Source of the DNA: an uncultured bacterium
GTDB taxonomy: Bacteria; Patescibacteriota; JACMRA01
DNA length: 64,000 bases
NCBI GenBank assembly: GCA_963704645.1
Contig: OY969926.1
Span: 64,001 to 128,000 of the forward strand
Reading direction: 5' to 3'
A program made the position numbers and the translations under genes. Every line of letters begins with the position of its first letter. Position 1 is the first letter of the stretch. The notes under the pieces were generated by a model. The model did no database searches and was not told the DNA's origin. It was given only the letters and a program-made list of their open reading frames with translations. Shown here one piece after another: positions 58,241-64,000 of this stretch.

Positions 58241-61200
58241 TTATACTAGGCTAACTGTTGTGGCAGTGTTACCATTACTAGCTCCAATCTGACCTTTAAT
58301 GGCTACAGACGCCGATGCATTACCTGTAGCAACCCCACTACAATTTACATTACTTCCAGTTGTAGAGCAAGAGCCTGTGAAACCTCCTCCAATGCTTAAT
58401 TTAAAACTAGCAGGAAGAGTTTTACCAGCTGGCAATGTAAAGGAACAGCTAACTGTGCTATTAGCTACTAAAACTAGCCCTCCTGGAGTGCAGTTTACAC
58501 TTAGGCTAGATAAATCTGATATAGATAAACTTGAACTGGTGTTAGAAAAATTAACATTAGCTATACTTATTATGTTTTTAATTCCATAACTATCTACAGC
58601 TTCAACTTCCACAACTTGTATGCCACTAATTCCAACTGGAACGTAGCTTAAAGCACTTCCGCCAACACTAGCCACTTCGTTTCCATCCACTCTTAATCTT
58701 ATTGCAATAATTGTTTTACCTGAAGCACCTATTGTGGTTGCACTAGCGGTTATAGTTGCAGGTGCATTTCCTCCAGCAGTTAAGTTTGAACTAATGACTG
58801 GCTTGTTATTTTGTTCAGCTATTTGATCTTGTTGACTTGTTTCCGTGGGAAGAATACAATAACCACCTTTGTTATTCAAAGACTCGGTAGCCTTAAGCCA
58901 GTTAGGCTGCAGGGGGAATTCTGAAATTGGTTCGGCGCAAATTTTTTCTTCAGAATTTTGAGGTAGTGTTCTACCTTCAACTGCCAATTTTCCAGTTAAC
59001 ATATCAATTTTAACTTTTCTTAAAATTACAGCCGATCTATTTTGAAAAATATTCTGAGCTCTTGGGTTATATTCTGGGTTATTTACTCTAGAACCTGCTT
59101 CTTGCAATGCCTTTAGCTGATTAGGAGTTAGCAACTCTGATGTGCCAGAATCACTTAGAAAACCTGTCTTTGAGTCAATTTTAACACTTTGCAAACCTTC
59201 TCTTGAACATTGCTTCTTTTCTCTACCTTGGTGAATTGCTGTCATTAATCTCTTCCAAACAAAGGCGTTAGAGTTAGAGGCACTGGCAGTGTCTTTCATG
59301 GGTGTATTATCTGTATTTCCAACCCACATTGTCATGGTGAAATAAGGACTAAATCCAACTGTCCAAGTATCTCTTACATCGTTAGAAGTTCCAGTTTTTG
59401 CAGCTATTCTCCAGCCGTCGATTTCTAAGTTTCTTCTAAAAGATCCCCAAACAGCAGGATCTCTAGCACCGTAGTCACTCATAATATCGCAAACCTGACG
59501 AGCAATTAATGGGTCTATGGCTTTGTCTACACGTGGATAAATATCATCGCATGTCTTAGCACATAAATCTACATTAGTTTTTGTATCAATTACGTTTTTA
59601 AATGGTCTTGCCGTTCTTAAGTTTCCATCTTGTGCAAAAGTGCTCATACCTGTTGCGTGTGAAAGCATAGATACTTCACATCCTCCTAATGCGGAGGCGA
59701 GCGTGCACCTATCACGGTAGGCAGAACTTGCCTGAGACAAATCATCACATTTTTCTCCATCGGCGTTAGGTTGGCAAGGGTATTTAACTCCAATTCTATC
59801 TGTTAAATTAAATACCTCATTAATACCTTGCGTTCCGTTAGGTACATTACCTTGTCCGGAAGCCAGATAAGCAGCTTTTACAGCAGGAATATTTAAAGAG
59901 TTTTGCAATGCATACCTTATACTTACTGGACCAGAAAAAGTTCCACTAAAGTTTTTAGGAACATAACCTCCACCAAAATCGGTTCTGCTATCTAGCAAAA
60001 TTGTTCCCGGGTTAAAGTTTTTTTCTAATGCAGCTGCATAAACGTAAGGTTTATAACTACTACCTGGTTGTTGAGGTGAAGTAGTAATGTTTACTTGGCC
60101 ATCAATTCCTTCATTATTATAATCAGCAGAGCCAATCATAGCTAAAATTTCACCAGTTGGACCATCTAAAATAGTAGAGGCAATATTATTAGCTCCGCTA
60201 TCTAGAACATATTGCTTATAATTTTCATTAATTATATTCTGTGCAGTGTTTTGCATGTCTGGGTCTAGAGTGGTAACTATTTTGTAGCCTCTTGTGTATA
60301 AAGCCTGTTCAGAAATGTTAAACTTACGTAGTTCCAATGTAATATAATCTTTAAAGTGTGGATATAAAACATCAATTCTGTTTGGTATAAATACAACCCT
60401 ACCCAATTCTCTTAAAGCTCCAGCCTGATTTTTATCTGTTGCTACAGATACCTCTACTTGTTGTAATTTGGTTAATTCGTCGTCTGTTTTAATGAATGGA
60501 TCTACATTGTCACCTTCCAATTTATTTTGCCTTAACTTAGTGAGACAAGTATTCTTTCTAGATTCGTATACCTTCCATGCCGATGTGTCATATTTACCTA
60601 TACTTCCATTGTAAACTGATGGTTGCTGAACTAAACCAGCAAGAAAACAAGCTTCAACAGTGGTAATATCTTTTACATCTTTACCGTAATAACTTTTGGC
60701 TGCCTCTTGCACTCCGAATGCATTCCTACTAAAACCTACTTGGTTTAAATACAATTCAAGAACCTGACTTTTATTTACAACTTGGTTTAATTTTACAGCA
60801 GTAATTAGTTCTTCAACTTTTCTTTGTGGAGTTTTAGCATCGTTGCCTGTAAAGTTTTTTACTGTTTGTTGGTAAAGTCCACTACCTCCACGGCAATCTT
60901 CTTTAGACTGAGTTATAATAATTTTTGCACAATCTACTATTGCTCCACCTATGTTAGACCACGGAATTCCATCTGGGTTATAGTTGAACCTTTCGTCTTC
61001 CAAACCAATTATGGCCAATTGCATATTTTTAGGAATACAATTGTTGCTTTTATCTTCAACACCGTCTTTAATTGGGCAAAGACCTACTACTTCCCTTTTC
61101 CCTTCATCAAAAAACTTAAAGAGTTCGGTTTTACCATCTCTAGCATAAACAATACTACTTTCAATTTGCTGAGTATTCAGCGGCAAACTATTATTATAAA

Positions 61201-61630
61201 TATCTATAGCCCAAGCTGCAACACCACTTGCTAAAACAATTCCAAAAACTAAAGCTATTATTAAGAATAGACCAAAACTGCGACCAAGTTTTTTCCAAGA
61301 AAAACCAAATTTTGTTTTTAAACTATCAATGTTTAAACTCCATGTACCTTTGCCTTTTTTACCGATACTGGATAATTCTGACACAGAAGCGACAGAACTA
61401 GTTTTATTAAACTCGTGAGAAACTTTGGAACCTGCCTTTACCACAGTAGCCGACCTGGCAATAATATTTCCATCTTCTTGAAGAGACAAGCCAGACAAGT
61501 CTGCATCTTCTTGTGGTAAAGTAATTACACTTTTATTTAAAACTTGATTGCTGCTTTCTTGGTGCGTTTCTTCTTGGCTTAAGTTGGCGTTTTCTTTATT
61601 AGAATGGTGTTTAGAAACTCTACTGGGCAT
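58241..61630 (-). CDS. Class A penicillin-binding protein (transglycosylase + transpeptidase) with Ig-like C-terminal domains
   Basis: EDERF, GGS..QQ.VKN, RKVEE, LELYLN; QPGSSYKP, SLN, AAKTGT. Confidence 0.95.
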   Translation of the reverse strand: MPSRVSKHHSNKENANLSQEETHQESSNQVLNKSVITLPQEDADLSGLSLQEDGNIIARSATVVKAGSKVSHEFNKTSSVASVSELSSIGKKGKGTWSLNIDSLKTKFGFSWKKLGRSFGLFLIIALVFGIVLASGVAAWAIDIYNNSLPLNTQQIESSIVYARDGKTELFKFFDEGKREVVGLCPIKDGVEDKSNNCIPKNMQLAIIGLEDERFNYNPDGIPWSNIGGAIVDCAKIIITQSKEDCRGGSGLYQQTVKNFTGNDAKTPQRKVEELITAVKLNQVVNKSQVLELYLNQVGFSRNAFGVQEAAKSYYGKDVKDITTVEACFLAGLVQQPSVYNGSIGKYDTSAWKVYESRKNTCLTKLRQNKLEGDNVDPFIKTDDELTKLQQVEVSVATDKNQAGALRELGRVVFIPNRIDVLYPHFKDYITLELRKFNISEQALYTRGYKIVTTLDPDMQNTAQNIINENYKQYVLDSGANNIASTILDGPTGEILAMIGSADYNNEGIDGQVNITTSPQQPGSSYKPYVYAAALEKNFNPGTILLDSRTDFGGGYVPKNFSGTFSGPVSIRYALQNSLNIPAVKAAYLASGQGNVPNGTQGINEVFNLTDRIGVKYPCQPNADGEKCDDLSQASSAYRDRCTLASALGGCEVSMLSHATGMSTFAQDGNLRTARPFKNVIDTKTNVDLCAKTCDDIYPRVDKAIDPLIARQVCDIMSDYGARDPAVWGSFRRNLEIDGWRIAAKTGTSNDVRDTWTVGFSPYFTMTMWVGNTDNTPMKDTASASNSNAFVWKRLMTAIHQGREKKQCSREGLQSVKIDSKTGFLSDSGTSELLTPNQLKALQEAGSRVNNPEYNPRAQNIFQNRSAVILRKVKIDMLTGKLAVEGRTLPQNSEEKICAEPISEFPLQPNWLKATESLNNKGGYCILPTETSQQDQIAEQNNKPVISSNLTAGGNAPATITASATTIGASGKTIIAIRLRVDGNEVASVGGSALSYVPVGISGIQVVEVEAVDSYGIKNIISIANVNFSNTSSSLSISDLSSLSVNCTPGGLVLVANSTVSCSFTLPAGKTLPASFKLSIGGGFTGSCSTTGSNVNCSGVATGNASASVAIKGQIGASNGNTATTVSLV

Positions 61631-61836
61631 ACTTACTTATTTATATAATAAGTAGTTGTGTGTATTTGTTTAGTCAAGTTTATCTGGTTTGTGCGGTTAG
61701 ACAGATTAAAGGTGCAAAGAAGTTATTTTATATCACAATTTTCAAATATTTTTTTAGACTAACCGTGTTACTTTTTAAGCTGTTAGTGGGTAGCAAGCTT
61801 TGACAAAACTAGCCTATATTAATATCCTAACTTTAT

Positions 61837-63141
61837 ATGCCAAATGCAAAACATTTGCTAAATAACCTTTATAAAGTATTTGTAGCTCTAGTACTTGTAT
61901 CAAATTTTATTTTACCAACTTCATCTGTACAAGTTTTAGCTGCCGAGGCTTTACAAAGTAAATTTGATAGGCAGAAAGCGGAAATAGCTGCTAGTATTAA
62001 TAGTATAAATAGCAAAATAGAAGGTGCAAAGGAAGATGTCCACAACTTTGGTGAGAAAAAAACCACTTTAAGGGAAGAAATTAAAAACGTTGAAACAGAA
62101 ATTAAAAATATTGACAATGTAATAACTGAAATTAACTTAACAAGTGCCAAGTTAGAAGGTCAAATTGGTGAATTAAACCTTAAAATTAATGCTATTCAAG
62201 CTGATTTGAAGAGTTTAATTAGAGAAATACAAAAAACCGACGAGTTAAGTGACATACAAATAATGTTAGCTAGTCAAAATTTGGGCGAAGCTTACAACAA
62301 AGTTAGAAATTTATCGGAATTACAATCTAGATCAGATAGTTTGGCAAAAAAAATAGTTGACTCTAAAGCTCAATTAGAAGAAAGCCAAAAAAACTTGGCT
62401 GAATCTAAAAAGAACTTACAGGATGCCAGATTTTTAATTGCCAATAAAAAAGACTCTTTGCAAAACTTATTAGAAATAACCCAAGGTGAAGAAGCGCAAT
62501 ATCAGCAATTGTTAAGCGGTTTATTAACTCAAAAAACCCAATTAGATGCTCAGGCAGCCGAAGCTCAGCGTAAATTTCAAGAAGATCTTGCAAAACAAAA
62601 CGCAAACACAGGAACTAGTGGTGGGAATAACGGAGGAGGTGGAGGTGGAGGAGTACCAACTTCACCAAACGTTGTAGGCTGTTTTTTTGAAGACAAAAGA
62701 AGTTTAGATGTTCCTGCAGGTTATTTTGGCTCACCTACCTCTGGTGTAATTACCCAAAACTTTGCTTGCAAACCATCGCACGATGGAATTGATATTGGAA
62801 ATGCATCTGGTACAGCTTTGTATGCAATTGCCAATTGTACAGTTGAAAAAATAGGTTATGAGTCTGGTGGTTTTGGACACTATATTTTATTAAAATGTGT
62901 TTTGCCTTCCGGTAGCAAAGTCTATCCGCTGTACGCACATATGAAGTTTAAATCCAGTTTAATTGAAGGTCAATCAGTAACCAAAGGAACTCAAGTTGGA
63001 AGTATGGGAGCAACAGGTTATGTAACAGGCGTACATTTACATTTTATGTTAATTTCTGACAGTTACGAAAGCACTAAGAACGTAGGCTGCTTATACGGAA
63101 GTTCTAAATGTTTCAATCCTGCCAGGTTTATTAACTTTTAA
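61837..63141 (+). CDS. Coiled-coil M23 peptidase (EnvC/CwlO-like murein hydrolase or activator)
   Basis: Signal peptide, long coiled coil, HDGID, YAH, TGVHLHF. Confidence 0.93.
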   Translation: MPNAKHLLNNLYKVFVALVLVSNFILPTSSVQVLAAEALQSKFDRQKAEIAASINSINSKIEGAKEDVHNFGEKKTTLREEIKNVETEIKNIDNVITEINLTSAKLEGQIGELNLKINAIQADLKSLIREIQKTDELSDIQIMLASQNLGEAYNKVRNLSELQSRSDSLAKKIVDSKAQLEESQKNLAESKKNLQDARFLIANKKDSLQNLLEITQGEEAQYQQLLSGLLTQKTQLDAQAAEAQRKFQEDLAKQNANTGTSGGNNGGGGGGGVPTSPNVVGCFFEDKRSLDVPAGYFGSPTSGVITQNFACKPSHDGIDIGNASGTALYAIANCTVEKIGYESGGFGHYILLKCVLPSGSKVYPLYAHMKFKSSLIEGQSVTKGTQVGSMGATGYVTGVHLHFMLISDSYESTKNVGCLYGSSKCFNPARFINF

Positions 63142-63143
63142 TT

Positions 63144-64000
63144 ATGAAAAATACATTGGAAAAAGGTATTAAAACATCAATATTAGGTTGGATAATAGCC
63201 GTAATTGGTTTTATATCTTTCATTGTTTTATACTATCCTTTTTCTCAATTTTTCAATTTAAGTTGGTCTTTAAATCAGCAAGTAGACTTATTTGACGCTG
63301 GAACATTAAACATTTTTGGGTCAGAATTACCAATTGGTGTTATAACTTTAAGGTTTTATGCCGTATGTATTTTTCTTGGAGTATTAGCTGGATATTTTTT
63401 AGCTCTACATCTTTCAAAGCACCACTTAATTGCAAACACAGTAGTTGATAGATTACTTATAGGTTTAGTAATTTTTGGCTTAATTGGAGCTAGAGTTTTT
63501 TATGTTGCTTTCAACTGGCAAGAATTTGCTAACGAGCCTGTAAATGTTTTATATATAAACCGTGGTGGATTAGCTATATTTGGAATGGTAATAACAGGTT
63601 TGTTGTATTTAATATTTTATACTAAATGGTTTAAGTTCAATTTATGGGAATTTTTAGATTTTCTTGCTCCAAGCGTACTTGTTGGTCAAGTTTTAGGTAG
63701 ATTTGGGAACTTTTTTAACTACGAAGCCTATGGACAACCAACAAGGGTATTTTGGGCAATGCGTATTCCTGAATCTGCTAATTTGTATACAGACTTAAAC
63801 CAGCAATTCTTCCACCCAACTTTTCTTTATGAAATTATTCCTAATTTTATTTTACTTTGCTACCTATTAATTAACTATGAAAAACTAATTAAAAGAAGAG
63901 CTGGAATTGTTTTTGCAATTTGGGCAATGGGTTATGGAACAGTAAGATTTTTTACAGAATTCTTTAGACTTGATGCTTTAAAAATTGCCCTTCCAAGAAC
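63144..64000 (+). CDS. lgt: Prolipoprotein diacylglyceryl transferase, 3'-truncated by window edge (not in ORF track)
   Basis: LRFYAVCI, GARVFYV, RGGLAIFG, GQVLGRFGNFFNYEAYG, HPTFLYE, RFFTEFFR. Confidence 0.95.
   Translation, partial: MKNTLEKGIKTSILGWIIAVIGFISFIVLYYPFSQFFNLSWSLNQQVDLFDAGTLNIFGSELPIGVITLRFYAVCIFLGVLAGYFLALHLSKHHLIANTVVDRLLIGLVIFGLIGARVFYVAFNWQEFANEPVNVLYINRGGLAIFGMVITGLLYLIFYTKWFKFNLWEFLDFLAPSVLVGQVLGRFGNFFNYEAYGQPTRVFWAMRIPESANLYTDLNQQFFHPTFLYEIIPNFILLCYLLINYEKLIKRRAGIVFAIWAMGYGTVRFFTEFFRLDALKIALPR

Noticed and set aside
418-62938. Numerous 60-165 aa ORFs antisense to or nested in long genes
   Set aside because: Shadow ORFs of well-supported genes with no motifs of their own
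1-64000. CRISPR array
   Set aside because: Repeats are dispersed or inverted palindromes without regular unique spacers; no cas genes seen
1-64000. Alternative genetic code (TGA=Gly as in Gracilibacteria/Absconditabacteria)
   Set aside because: Long genes are uninterrupted in code 11 and TGA ends plausible genes (16315, 25071)

Overview
AT-rich bacterial chromosome segment in the standard genetic code. It looks like a Patescibacteria (CPR) genome, inferred from CPR-type VirB2-like pilins, a giant VirB6/TrbL-like protein, scattered single housekeeping genes and many apparently leaderless genes. Bases 1-11.2 kb appear to be the right arm of an integrative element inserted at tRNA-Ala(GGC). Its large serine recombinase reads into the tRNA antisense. 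Its cargo is an enzyme cluster I do not recognise as described: AvtA-like aminotransferase, PPDK/RPH-like dikinase, NDK-like protein, unknown ORF, two NUDIX, two histidine phosphatases, an Fe(II)/2OG-type oxygenase and a GNAT. The rest holds gatA, ftsB-like, pepF, M16 peptidase, mscL, ftsK, a lone V/A-ATPase A subunit, metG, murA, gltX, rpmE, a class A PBP, an M23 peptidase, lgt and five more tRNAs. It also has a surface-glycan locus (GT2, GT4, CsaB-like pyruvyltransferase, GT-C-like membrane protein, and a giant flavoprotein with degenerate SLH-like motifs). A RAYT transposase carries its own REPs in-frame. At least three families of short palindromic repeats occur, some translated inside proteins. 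All calls come from reading motifs by eye; no database search was run.
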